Of a DNA stretch of 64,000 nt, positions 8,692-18,783 are shown piece by piece. Below the pieces are notes generated by a model, which worked only from the letters and a program-made list of their open reading frames with translations, made no database searches and was not told the origin of the DNA. Where the stretch lies: positions 3,504 through 67,503 of the IMG/VR virus record IMGVR_UViG_3300031576_000035, one strand, 5' to 3'. Made by a program: the position numbers and the translations under genes. The stretch is from a virus. How positions within the stretch are numbered: position 1 is the stretch's first letter; each line of letters begins with the position of its first letter.

Positions 8692-9447
8692 TTACCTCTT
8701 CGCCAGATCGCCGACGATTAGTGCCTCGACGAGTACCTGAAACTCGTCATCCGGTAGCGTAACTCCTTTCGGCATCCTCTTTGTGCTGATCTCGCGCAAC
8801 ACGTCAAGCCTCTGCTGAGCGGTGAGAGCCACAACCACGTTGCTCTGGAGCAGTACCAGTCCCTTGCCCTTGGCCACCGCTACAGCCTGTTCGTGACACG
8901 AAGCACAGCGGTTCGACATCACCTGGTGGAAGCGCGCCAGGTTGCCGCCAGCTGGTTGTGGCTGAGGCTGTGCAGCCGCTGGAGCGGGTTGAGGGATCGG
9001 AGCCATCGGTTGAGCAGCCGGAGGAACCGTCTGTTGCTGCTGCGCCCGAAGAAGGTATTGCTCGAGGTCGCCGATGCGCTTGAGCAGCGGCGCCAACTCC
9101 GTCGCGCATGAGGACGGCTGTTGCGGCACCGTCTGTTGCTGCTGGCCATTGCCGTTGCCGGCGTGGTTGTTGGCACATGGCGAGGAGGACTGATAGCCCA
9201 CCGCGTAGGCCGGCACCGCGACCGGCACATACTCGACGGCCCGGACAACCTTCTCGACGACCACCTGCTGCGGTGCGACGTAGTAGGTTGGAGCCACGTA
9301 CGCTGCCGCGTAGGAGTAGCGCACCGGCGCGTAGGAGTAGGACGAGACGTAGCTAAACGAGCGACAGCCGGAGGCATGCACCTCCGCCGCTCCAAACACC
9401 GTCGCCAGGCATACCGAAAGAACGATAACGCGCATCTCATACCTCAC
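8692..9447 (-). CDS. secreted protein with C-terminal c-type cytochrome domain
   Basis: Signal peptide; Y/V-rich then Q/P-rich linker; CASCH heme motif and distal RMPK Met ligand motif. Confidence 0.7.
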   Translation of the reverse strand: MRYEMRVIVLSVCLATVFGAAEVHASGCRSFSYVSSYSYAPVRYSYAAAYVAPTYYVAPQQVVVEKVVRAVEYVPVAVPAYAVGYQSSSPCANNHAGNGNGQQQQTVPQQPSSCATELAPLLKRIGDLEQYLLRAQQQQTVPPAAQPMAPIPQPAPAAAQPQPQPAGGNLARFHQVMSNRCASCHEQAVAVAKGKGLVLLQSNVVVALTAQQRLDVLREISTKRMPKGVTLPDDEFQVLVEALIVGDLAKR

Positions 9448-10979
9448 TTTTTCACAGGGAGAACCACGCCATCCAGAGCCGCATGGATCAAGTGTATGGC
9501 CTCGTGGTAAGCCGTCACCGGGATTCCCTCGGGACGATCTGGCAGCCAGGCCGACACCACAGGATCGATCTGTCCCGGTGCCGTTCTCGTCTTAGCCTTC
9601 TCCAGATCGGCATAGTCTCTGAGCCGTTTCTGGAACGCCGCCGGTGTCATGCCGAAATCCCTGCTCGCTCGCTCCAATGTCACCGGCGCTTCAGCGTACT
9701 GCTGCCAGATGCGTCCCAATCCCGATGCGAACTTCTGCGGCGTCAAGCCCGAGGCTTCATGCAGGGCGTTGGCATAACGGAGGCGATCCTCCGCCAGCTT
9801 CGGCTCCAGCTTCCGAGCATACGCCTGTCTGAGATCTCGAACGGTATCCTCGTCGCCGCCGAACAACAGGTTTGGCGGGAAGTTGATCGTTGACCGAACC
9901 CACCCTTTGACATCCTGCAAGCCGCCCTCGGTGTGGCATCGGATACAACTCAGGTACATGTGGACTCTTCTATCATTGTAGGGAGCCGTCGAGTCGCTCG
10001 CAATAAAATCCGGAGCCGAGTCTACCCGGCCACCCACGTCCTTCTCGGCGTTGCCGTTGGCGTCCAGCGTTCCCTTGAAGAGGCCCATTGCCCACATGCC
10101 GTTTGGCAGTGAGCCGTACTGCTCGCTGGCGTTGTACTGGAGTTGGTTATTTAGGATACGCAATGGGTTACTCTTGTCCTTAGGAGTTCTGACATCCAAA
10201 GTGTACCAGTATCTGCCACCTATCTTATCCAGGGCCGCGATGCCGCGTGGTTGTAGCGTTACCCCACTGGTCGCCACGCGCTCCCGGATCTCCTTGAGGA
10301 ACGCCGGGTTGACACCCTTGACAACGAAGCCAATGAGACGCATGAACTCCTTTTCATCCTTGAATCCCAGGAAGTCGGCGTAACCAGCATTGCCGCGATC
10401 GGCCTGGATGGCCGTCTGGCAGATGAACCACTCGGCCGTCACCAGCGGCACCTGACTCCCTGTCTTCGCGACGATGGCCTCCAGCATCTGCTTTTCGCGC
10501 GGATTCCGCGTCAGCCACGGGCCGAAGACGCTCTCCTTCTTCTTCTTCGGATACCTGAAGGCGCCTTTGGCGTACTCCTTACCGTTGGCCGGCCAGACGC
10601 CGCCTTCCCAGAGTGTCTCTGTCTCCGTAATAGCTACCTGATGCCAGTACGGCTCGAATGCCTCCAGGTTCTCCCACGTCTTCGCGAACACCCCGTTGTA
10701 ATCGCGGGTGTTGATCCGTACCAGCCAGCCGTTGACGAGCGTGTGCTCGATTATGTCCGGCGCCTGTGACAGCGAGTTCAGATGCGCCGACAGCACCTGA
10801 AACGTCTCACGCCGATCCTTTGGCGCAATGTTGTGCAATGACAGATAGCGATAGTGTTTTGATACCTCTTTCGGCAGTAGCAGTGCGTCCGTGGCGCAAA
10901 CCTCGATTACCTGTGCTGGACTCATCAGATCCGGCACGGGAGGAGCCGGCGGAACCTGAGCCAGGACGGCGGAGACCAC
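9444..10979 (-). CDS. planctomycete-type periplasmic protein with one CxxCH motif
   Basis: RYLSLHN...ASEQYGSLPNGM...DSAPDFIASD...SCIRCH; the signal peptide extends upstream of 10979 to an ACG codon near 11012. Confidence 0.7.
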   Translation of the reverse strand: MVSAVLAQVPPAPPVPDLMSPAQVIEVCATDALLLPKEVSKHYRYLSLHNIAPKDRRETFQVLSAHLNSLSQAPDIIEHTLVNGWLVRINTRDYNGVFAKTWENLEAFEPYWHQVAITETETLWEGGVWPANGKEYAKGAFRYPKKKKESVFGPWLTRNPREKQMLEAIVAKTGSQVPLVTAEWFICQTAIQADRGNAGYADFLGFKDEKEFMRLIGFVVKGVNPAFLKEIRERVATSGVTLQPRGIAALDKIGGRYWYTLDVRTPKDKSNPLRILNNQLQYNASEQYGSLPNGMWAMGLFKGTLDANGNAEKDVGGRVDSAPDFIASDSTAPYNDRRVHMYLSCIRCHTEGGLQDVKGWVRSTINFPPNLLFGGDEDTVRDLRQAYARKLEPKLAEDRLRYANALHEASGLTPQKFASGLGRIWQQYAEAPVTLERASRDFGMTPAAFQKRLRDYADLEKAKTRTAPGQIDPVVSAWLPDRPEGIPVTAYHEAIHLIHAALDGVVLPVKK

Positions 10980-11015
10980 CAGAAGAATCAGCCACCACGC
11001 ACGGCTGCACGTAGC

Positions 11016-11885
11016 TCAGCCCTCCACGATGCGATAGCCGCCATCGAACTCGATCACCAGCCGTTTGCCTGTTGGTGGCGGCGGCGGTGCCTTCGGGTAA
11101 ACCTTGGCAGCCAGTGTTCTGTCAAGTGCGCCGATGTCGGCGCCGCCTCGAATCGACTGGCCGTCCGCAGTGATCGAAGCCGGCAACTGGTAACACATGA
11201 TCGAGTCCGCGTCGGCATGCTCGGTGCCGATCAACGACGATTCCTCGAGCGGTGTCAGCACCTGCTGCACCGTCATCTGCTCGCTCCACCCCTGCGTCCT
11301 CTGAAAATAGTCAATCGTCTTCTGCCGATCGAGTCGCGCGATCAACTCCCGGCGCATGTGTTCGTGCGGGAATCCGCACGTATGTCCTGTCTCATGTCGC
11401 ACAACTCTGGTAAATTCGCTCTCGGCCGTGCGCGCCGTGAACCCCTGCAGGCACATCGTCGGCCGGCCGCGCGGTATCGACAGGATGTCAGTCCCGAGGT
11501 AGCTCCAGTACCCCTGTTGCTGGCGCGTGATTCGCACCTGCGCGTCCGTCTGCGTCCAGGTGAACTTGACGTTGGCGAACTCCCCCCAGGCGTTCATGTG
11601 CAAGAGGATCTTGTCGCGCAGCGCCGATTCGACGGCCTCGACGAAACCCACCGTCAGTTGGACGCCTTTGGCACCCCAGTATTTGGTGGTGAGCACAGCC
11701 AGGTAGTCGGGAACCGGCATCATCAGGGCCGTGGCCGACAGGATCACCGCCGATGTGACGGGAGGTGCGTTGGCGGGGTTGACCTCGACCGCCTGGAGAG
11801 CAGCTGCCGTTTGACTGGCCGGCGGCAGACTAACAGGAGTACAAATGGGGACAGCATCGATTGTCGTCGCGGCTTTCCGTGCCAT
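11016..11885 (-). CDS. astacin/M12-like zinc metallopeptidase (metzincin)
   Basis: GYWSYLGTD, HETGHTCGFPHEH zinc motif, SIMCY Met-turn. Confidence 0.85.
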   Translation of the reverse strand: MARKAATTIDAVPICTPVSLPPASQTAAALQAVEVNPANAPPVTSAVILSATALMMPVPDYLAVLTTKYWGAKGVQLTVGFVEAVESALRDKILLHMNAWGEFANVKFTWTQTDAQVRITRQQQGYWSYLGTDILSIPRGRPTMCLQGFTARTAESEFTRVVRHETGHTCGFPHEHMRRELIARLDRQKTIDYFQRTQGWSEQMTVQQVLTPLEESSLIGTEHADADSIMCYQLPASITADGQSIRGGADIGALDRTLAAKVYPKAPPPPPTGKRLVIEFDGGYRIVEG

Positions 11886-12036
11886 ACTTCTACTCGCCCG
11901 CCGGTGGAAAATCGGTGCGCGGCAACGACACGTTACCACGCACCGAACCAATGAAGAGAGTCCCTACCAGTGTACAGCGAACGCCGGCCGGTAGCAACCG
12001 TACAGCTTGCGTTCAGGGAAGGGGTTGGCCTGCCGA

Positions 12037-12315
12037 CTACTTGCCTTTGAGACGCTCGCTCAGGTGCTCCAGATCAGCCTTTATGGATCGCAGATCGTTG
12101 CCAATTTCGATTCCAAGTTTGCGGTTGGTGCGCGTCTCTTCACCTGCCAGTATCGCTTCTGCCGCTGCCTGATCGACCCGGGGGATTACTGACCAGCAGA
12201 TCACCAGCAGCACCAAAATATTGAACGACGCTGCCAGAAGTAGGAGCACGGTATCCACGCGATGGCGATCGTTCCAGAATTTCTCGAGCCAGCGTTCACG
12301 TTTTCCCGTGCTCAT
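12037..12315 (-). CDS. single-TM coiled-coil protein, possible holin/spanin-like
   Basis: TM VLLLLAASFNILVLLVICWSVI then helical tail; lysis position. Confidence 0.45.
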   Translation of the reverse strand: MSTGKRERWLEKFWNDRHRVDTVLLLLAASFNILVLLVICWSVIPRVDQAAAEAILAGEETRTNRKLGIEIGNDLRSIKADLEHLSERLKGK

Positions 12316-12680
12316 GGCTTCACCTGGCGATTGTGATCGATCACCTCAATAAGCCGTTGGATATAGCCACCTAGCTTGTCGCTGATGATGGCCACCTCAC
12401 GTTCGCAGTGCTTGGCCATATCCGCCATACTCTCCTTTAGACTCTCCTTCATCTGCAAATTTATCTCTCGAAGCACCTTGATGTAGGAGTCCTGGAGTGC
12501 CAGGGCCAGCTTGTCGCGCGAGTCGATCATCTCGCGCAATTGCCTATCCTTGTCGGGGAGGTGCTTGAGCAGTAGCCATCCTAGCACGAGTCCGAGCAAC
12601 CCGGCGCCAACCCAACCGGCACCTCCACTGATCGGATCGGTGCTGCCAGCTTGAGCAAAAATGGCGAGAAACGTGAGCAT
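12312..12680 (-). CDS. holin-like membrane protein
   Basis: GWVGAGLLGLVLGWLLLKHL TM followed by a coiled coil (BhlA/UviB-like architecture). Confidence 0.5.
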   Translation of the reverse strand: MLTFLAIFAQAGSTDPISGGAGWVGAGLLGLVLGWLLLKHLPDKDRQLREMIDSRDKLALALQDSYIKVLREINLQMKESLKESMADMAKHCEREVAIISDKLGGYIQRLIEVIDHNRQVKP

Positions 12681-12787
12681 CCAATGCTCCTCGATCCTGG
12701 ACGAAAAACCTGACCCGGACTGGATCGCGCGTCCGGGCCAGGCCATCAGGAGTGTCCCTGTTATCGTAATCGTTCGCCGGCAACCCG

Positions 12788-13213
12788 TCAAATAGCGTCC
12801 GGTGGAACGGCAGGCGCCGCTGCCTGCATCGAGGCCACCTGCGCTACCGTGAACAGGCTGCTGTCCTGAATGGCAATCATCACCTCGTCGGTGCATTCGC
12901 CGCCGCCGTCGAGCACCTTGCGCAGCCCGCACGAGGCCGTGAAGATAGTGCCGTCACGCTTCAACCCCTGAAGCCTGATGTCCATGATTTGCTGCGTCCG
13001 CCAGCATGGCCCCGCGAGGAATGCCGCCTGGCGCGTCGCGTACGAGGTGCGCAACGCCACGGGAATCAGCATGGACATTGGTTGCCCAATCAAATCGGCG
13101 GTGGCGTAGCCGAACAGTTCGGCCGCCACGGGGGACACGTCCTGGATGATGCCCGTGGTGAAATTGATCAGGAGCACAGGACCAAACGTCAGCGTTGTTG
13201 GCAGCGTGGACAT
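12788..13213 (-). CDS. stand-alone PAS domain protein
   Basis: GIIQDVSPVAAELFGYATADLIGQPMSMLIP...LQGLKRDGTIF is a PAS/PAC signature. Confidence 0.8.
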   Translation of the reverse strand: MSTLPTTLTFGPVLLINFTTGIIQDVSPVAAELFGYATADLIGQPMSMLIPVALRTSYATRQAAFLAGPCWRTQQIMDIRLQGLKRDGTIFTASCGLRKVLDGGGECTDEVMIAIQDSSLFTVAQVASMQAAAPAVPPDAI

Positions 13214-13218
13214 TACCG

Positions 13219-14202
13219 TTACGGAGCGATCGCCAGCGCCCCGCCTTTCCGTAGAGATATCTGAGATATCCAGAATGATCCAGTGATCGTTGTAGCCGCC
13301 GACAGCAGGCCAGGATCGATGCGGGCGCCCACCAGATCGGCGCCCACAAACGGGGAGTTAGGCAGAGGCCGCGTCAGATAGGCCAGCGTCGTCAGGGTAC
13401 AGCCGCATGGCAACCCATAAGTTCCCGTCTCCGGATCCACCTTGAGATCCGGATGGTGGATGACCTGGCTCGCCAAAAACGATGTCGAGCCGCTGCCGTA
13501 CAACGCCACCTTGAGCAGCGACACGAGGAAAGTGTTGGGCGCGAACGTGAAGAACGGCACCCAGTTGAGCGTCACGCCAACCAGATACAATCCCTCCGCG
13601 ATGGCGTAGAAGTAGCGGGGATCGTAGGGGGACGACAACCCTGGGAAGAAGCGCGCCACGACAGATGGCATCGTCATGCCAGGGAAGGTGTCGAAGTCCA
13701 CCGTCTGCCACGGTACCAGGTAATTTTCACCAACGGCGCCGCCGGCCAGCGGCCCGGTGAACACCTTGGCGCCGGTCACGGGATGCGCGTACTCGAACAG
13801 GTAGAAGGCGTCGTTGATTCCCTGGCGCATCTCGACGACGGCACCAACGGGGACGTACGGGTTGCCATTGGTTTCCAGCGCCGGAATACCATGCACCTCG
13901 CGTGTCAACTCGTAGGAACGAGCGCCGCCAAAAGGTTGCCAGCCAAGCACGCCGTAATCGTTCACCTCGCGGTAAGGATAGATCCACTGCTGTCCATGCA
14001 ACGTGTTGTTGCTAAGACTCACCAGCGACGGCGTCCCCGTGATTTGCGCATGGAAGCGTTCTGGATAGTTCGGCCGAATGATGGTCCCCGCCACGGACTG
14101 CTGCATGGCCGAGCCGGTGACATGGAAACGCTCCAGCGCGTCCACCCGTTCCACCAGGCGGCGCAGTTCGTCCGTGTCGAGTTGGCCATGTTCAGTCCAC
14201 AT
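13219..14202 (-). CDS. putative minor tail / tail-tip protein
   Basis: Second gene after the tape measure; beta-rich C-terminus. Confidence 0.55.
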   Translation of the reverse strand: MWTEHGQLDTDELRRLVERVDALERFHVTGSAMQQSVAGTIIRPNYPERFHAQITGTPSLVSLSNNTLHGQQWIYPYREVNDYGVLGWQPFGGARSYELTREVHGIPALETNGNPYVPVGAVVEMRQGINDAFYLFEYAHPVTGAKVFTGPLAGGAVGENYLVPWQTVDFDTFPGMTMPSVVARFFPGLSSPYDPRYFYAIAEGLYLVGVTLNWVPFFTFAPNTFLVSLLKVALYGSGSTSFLASQVIHHPDLKVDPETGTYGLPCGCTLTTLAYLTRPLPNSPFVGADLVGARIDPGLLSAATTITGSFWISQISLRKGGALAIAP

Positions 14203-15299
14203 TACTGATACTGCACAGGGGTTGGAGGCTTGAAGAGAATGTCAAAATCAGCCGGCTTATAGGGACGCGCGCCGGTGTTCCGATTACTGACGAAATAATA
14301 TTCACCATCAGCGGCCGGCAACTTGTCCCAGGTGTCCGGCTTGTACAAAAAGACGTAGGTCACATCCCACGACACGCGGCCAACAATGGTACGCGGGTTA
14401 CGTTTCACTTTCGGCGGTTGGCACAGGAGGGTGTGCGGCGCATACGAGCGCCAGCCGCGAGCGCCGTCGAACGTGTCGGCGTTGACCTTGCCAAGGCATT
14501 GATCGATTGCGGCCAATGGCGGATCCGGCACGTTGTGCCAGGTGTACTCCAGTCGTCCCGAACGAATCAACATCTGGCCAGCGTTGGCGTGAATGGCCTG
14601 GTTCGCGAACCCGAAATCAGGGAATCCTGGCTGTACCGGATCAAACTGGATCGACTTGGGGAGGCCGATCGAATCAATCATGAACGCGATCTCGCGCGTT
14701 ACAAAGCGCTCCAGTTCCCCCTTGTTGCCAGCGATCGCCGCCAACTCCTGATCGGTGCGCACCTCGTAGGACAGCGGCCGATAGTGAACCGCGTACTTGG
14801 CCGATCGCTTATCGGAACGCGACGACGCATCGTAGAAGGCGATCTTCGGCACACGCAACCGCTGGCCGTCCACCATGACAGGGTTGCCGAGATTGTCCTG
14901 CGCGAACACGTTGGGGTTCTGGCCGTAGGCGCCCTGGCCGGCCACCAGTTCGATTTCCACGGCGTAGAGCCAGGGGAACTCAGGTTCCTGGATGGGACAC
15001 GTCCGCCGCAGCGCCACGGGTTGCCCCGGCAGAGCAATCGCCGACGTATAACCAAGTATGAGATCGATCCACGACTTGCGCACGCCCCACGGCACATTGA
15101 ACACGCGCGTCACGGCCTGCTCGTCGTGGCGCCAGCGCTCGCGGTAACCGTCCACCTCCTCAACATCGGGAGGCATGGCGTAGAACTTGCTCAACCCCAG
15201 GCCGATGCCGGACTGGTTGACGAGTTTCCCACCCTGGAAGACGGGATTGTTCTCGCCCTGGATGCCAAGATTGGGATCCAGGCCTGGAATCACTGGCAT
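14202..15299 (-). CDS. putative tail hub / distal tail protein
   Basis: Directly downstream of the tape measure. Confidence 0.55.
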   Translation of the reverse strand: MPVIPGLDPNLGIQGENNPVFQGGKLVNQSGIGLGLSKFYAMPPDVEEVDGYRERWRHDEQAVTRVFNVPWGVRKSWIDLILGYTSAIALPGQPVALRRTCPIQEPEFPWLYAVEIELVAGQGAYGQNPNVFAQDNLGNPVMVDGQRLRVPKIAFYDASSRSDKRSAKYAVHYRPLSYEVRTDQELAAIAGNKGELERFVTREIAFMIDSIGLPKSIQFDPVQPGFPDFGFANQAIHANAGQMLIRSGRLEYTWHNVPDPPLAAIDQCLGKVNADTFDGARGWRSYAPHTLLCQPPKVKRNPRTIVGRVSWDVTYVFLYKPDTWDKLPAADGEYYFVSNRNTGARPYKPADFDILFKPPTPVQYQ

Positions 15300-15305
15300 C
15301 CGTGC

Positions 15306-17135
15306 CTACTCCTTCCTCCCACTGAATGGCAGCTTCTGGCCGCGCAGGATGTCGTTCGTCTTGCGCTGCTCGTCCACCTGCTTCTTCTGCTCTTCCAACT
15401 GTTGCTCGTCGATCGGCTTGACACCCATCGTCGCCATGATGCTGGCCTGCGCCAGACGGTTCCACATCGCCTCGGGCGACTCCATCCCCTGAATGGCTGG
15501 CGTCACGTCGCGATGGCCCTTGCCGGTTCCCTTGGGCACATCCTCTTTGTCGATCTTCATTTTGACGATCTTGTCCGTACCCGTCAACCAGGCGATGCCG
15601 CGTGCCAGCTGGCCAATCAAATCGGCCAGCCACTTGAACGGCATCACCAGTCCCGTCAAGATCAGCTTGCCAATTTCTCCAAGCCACCTAGCAAATGGTG
15701 ATTGTACAAGCATGGTGAACAGCCTCGCAATCAGCGTGATCACGGGCGCCAGCAAATTGACGAGCAACGCCACGAGCGAGCCGATCAGGGACAGGATTGG
15801 GTTGAGCACCTCGAGCAAGACGCTGAACGCGCCGGCGACAACCTGGAGCGAGGCAAACACCGCCTGCAACACGGCGCCCAGTGCGTTCATGATCGGCGCC
15901 AGCGAATCCTGGAGCGGCTTCACCAGGGCCATGACGCTACCCATGAGATCCTTGAGCATGCCGCCGAGCAACTCGAACACCGGCGCCAGCATCGTCCCCA
16001 ACGCCGAGATCACCGGCCCGATACCAGCGATGATCGGCTGGAGACTGGCCCAGAACGCACCGAGGCCACCGCCGCTCTCGTCGCCAGACGCCTTGACGGC
16101 CATGAAGGCACCGGCCACCAATCCGAGAATTGAGATGATGCCGCCGATCGGCCCGAGGAAGGTCGTCAGCGTCGTGATCAGGAGGCGGAACCCTCCAGTC
16201 ACGGCTCCCAGTCCCGTCACCAACCGTGGCAGGATTGCCAGCACGCCCAGCGTGGCGACGCCAATCATCAGCCACTTGGCGATGGCGTCCTGCTGAACGC
16301 CAGACAAGCTGCGGAACCACTGCACAACTTCCATGAGGCCGTTGACGGCCGCCTGGATTGCTGGCATGAACAGGGCCGTGATCTGGCGGGAGAGTTCACC
16401 CATCTGATAACTGATGATTTGCCCGTACGACGACGCGGCAATGCCGGCCGTGATGAAGCCGCCAAGAGCCGCCGTAGCCGTGGCGAACCCGATGGTTGCG
16501 GCCTGGCCGACGACTTGCAAGCTACCCTGGAGTTTCTCCAGGCCGCCGCGAGCCCGACCCATGCCAACTTCCCAGTTGAGCAGCGCCTTGGCTTGCGCCT
16601 CGTCGATACCCTTGAGGGCCGCGACCTGCTTGACGATCTCGTCCGTCGCCGCCTTCGCGGCCGGCGCCATCTGTTCCTTGGCGGCCTTCTGGTAGATCCG
16701 CGCCGCCGCCGCCAGCCTCTCGTCCACAGCACTGCCAGACGCCTTGGCAGCTGCCGTTACCCGATCGATGTCGCTCTGGATCTGTCCGAGGGCGCCGCTG
16801 ATCTTGCCGAGACTCTTGTCAGCCGGATCAGCCAGCGTCGCCACGGCCTTGCGGAAATTGTCGAGGCCATCGACGTTGGCGTCGAGGTCCTCCATTGCAT
16901 CGGCCAGGACCTCTTGCAGACGACTCAGATCCACCGTGGCATCGTCAAGCGCCTCGGTGATGCCGTCAAAAGCCGTCGCCACGCCTGGCAAGGATTTCTG
17001 CGCTGCCGCTCCTGCCTCGTCGATCTGCTCCGCAACACCGTCCACCGCCTTGTGTACCTGCTCAATAGCCTCGTTTAAGGCCTCCATGCCCTCCTGCGAG
17101 AAGCGAACGGCCAGATCAGCTAGCGGCGTCGGCAT
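15306..17135 (-). CDS. tail tape measure protein (about 609 aa)
   Basis: N-terminal LADLAVRF, Ala-rich helices, TM segments, 11-residue amphipathic repeats. Confidence 0.85.
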   Translation of the reverse strand: MPTPLADLAVRFSQEGMEALNEAIEQVHKAVDGVAEQIDEAGAAAQKSLPGVATAFDGITEALDDATVDLSRLQEVLADAMEDLDANVDGLDNFRKAVATLADPADKSLGKISGALGQIQSDIDRVTAAAKASGSAVDERLAAAARIYQKAAKEQMAPAAKAATDEIVKQVAALKGIDEAQAKALLNWEVGMGRARGGLEKLQGSLQVVGQAATIGFATATAALGGFITAGIAASSYGQIISYQMGELSRQITALFMPAIQAAVNGLMEVVQWFRSLSGVQQDAIAKWLMIGVATLGVLAILPRLVTGLGAVTGGFRLLITTLTTFLGPIGGIISILGLVAGAFMAVKASGDESGGGLGAFWASLQPIIAGIGPVISALGTMLAPVFELLGGMLKDLMGSVMALVKPLQDSLAPIMNALGAVLQAVFASLQVVAGAFSVLLEVLNPILSLIGSLVALLVNLLAPVITLIARLFTMLVQSPFARWLGEIGKLILTGLVMPFKWLADLIGQLARGIAWLTGTDKIVKMKIDKEDVPKGTGKGHRDVTPAIQGMESPEAMWNRLAQASIMATMGVKPIDEQQLEEQKKQVDEQRKTNDILRGQKLPFSGRKE

Positions 17136-17657
17136 CAGACTCCTCATCCCTGAACAGCAGCGGCTGACTCGGCACCGGCTCGTCCCTGGCCGGTGCCGCT
17201 TCCATCTTCTGGCGCTGGATCAGGATCGTTAGCCGATCCAATAATGACAGCGCTGCGAATGGTCCGTAGCGCGGCACCTTGACCTCGTCCAGCAGCATGT
17301 GGCACTCGGCCACCCCCTCGCGACGAGCCATCAAGCTTTCTCCTCTGCTTGTGATTCCCAGGGGAAGCACTTGTACGAATTCTTTCTCCTCTGCTGCGCG
17401 TGCTGTTGCAGTTCCTCTGGAGCCGGCAACGGAACCAACTCAATCTCGTTCATTTCGACGAGATTACGGTAGACCGAACCGTTGGCATGAGCCTGTACCG
17501 CACGGCAGACATAGCTGCGCTGAATGCCACCAGGACACTCCTGGAGTCTTCGTTCCAGGACCATGTACGCTTGCGGCTCCTCCACCTCAGGGTTTGTTGT
17601 GAAGTGCATCAGGAGATCACGGATCTTGTATTTGAAAATAGAGTCTAACTCGCTCAT
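17116..17657 (-). CDS. two hypothetical genes between tail chaperone and tape measure (17116-17331, 17331-17657)
   Basis: Coupled ORFs starting MARREGV and MSELDSIF. Confidence 0.5.
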
Positions 17658-17662
17658 CCGTA

Positions 17663-18348
17663 TTAACTCTCTCGATAGTAGTTCAAACGCTCCAGCGGCG
17701 TCATCGAGCGCCACCAGGTCGCGTAAGCCTCACGATCGCCCATCACCTTACCCAGCGCCACCCCGCCGCCGGGCGCTCGCCGCGTCTCCAGGTCGCTGTC
17801 GAGCGCCAGTACCAACTCGGGGACCGTCAAGCGGTCGATCTCCCACGGTCGCAACCTCATGGTGCCGTGCATCAAGCGCCGCTCAATCTCGTACCAATCG
17901 ATATCCTCCGGCCGCGTCATTCCACCGCCGCCGGCACCTCTTCGTTTGGGAGGGAACCCTCAGCATTGCGCAGTACCCTTTGCGTCTCGACGCCAAGAGC
18001 CTGGACTACCTGAAACGCCTCTTCCTCGCTGACATCAGGATGATTGGCCTGAAGCAGCAGGTAGAAGAGTCGTGCCACGCCTTCCTCTGTGGCGAGATGT
18101 TCCTTGGCTAGCGCCGACTGCATCGAGAAGCATTGCAGTTGTTTCTCGACCGCCCTGGCCTCGTTCACCAGCTTCATGCCTTCGGCCGGCGGCACCAGGT
18201 TGAGCAGGCGCATGGCCGGCTCGTACGGGTCGCCGATACGCTCCGCGATCCAGTCGCGGAACCCCTTGATGACATGCAGTTCCAGGCGCCCCACTTTCCA
18301 CGAGCGGCCCAGTGCCGCAATCCGCGTTTCCTTACCCAACGACAGCAC
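17663..18348 (-). CDS. tail assembly chaperones G (17917-18348) and GT via -1 frameshift
   Basis: Position between tail tube and tape measure; slippery C CCA AAC at 17944-17950 places the -1 frame in phase with 17663-17920. Confidence 0.75.
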
Positions 18349-18360
18349 GATGGCACCTCA

Positions 18361-18771
18361 TCAAGCAGCTGGATACACCATAACGCCCGTGATCGAGTCC
18401 ATCGCCACGTCGAAATTGTAGCGCAACTCGTTCTCCACGGCCGACTCGTAGTGAACCTTGGTGATGACAACGGGGATCTGGATCACCTTGTTGGTCGCGA
18501 CGTACTTCTGGATGATCCCCTTCACACCCGGACGAATCGACGGCGGCGTCGAGTAGGCCGGCTGATCCAGATCGAAGACAGCGTTGACACTGCCACGCCA
18601 GTCGTCCTTGCCAGTAATCCGCGCCGTGTGGCCTCCCGAGCCGGTGTGCGTCACGTCGAAGATGGCGATCTCATGGTCGCCACTCCAGCCGCGAATGTTG
18701 AGGACAGTGTTGCTGCCATTCGTTGGCTGAAACGCCACTGGCAGGTTGATGCCGGCCTGGTAATTCTGCAT
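18361..18771 (-). CDS. major tail tube protein
   Basis: 136 aa, FDVTHTGSGG...ITG..DW.GSV, syntenic position. Confidence 0.7.
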   Translation of the reverse strand: MQNYQAGINLPVAFQPTNGSNTVLNIRGWSGDHEIAIFDVTHTGSGGHTARITGKDDWRGSVNAVFDLDQPAYSTPPSIRPGVKGIIQKYVATNKVIQIPVVITKVHYESAVENELRYNFDVAMDSITGVMVYPAA

Positions 18772-18783
18772 GTAACCTCCGTG

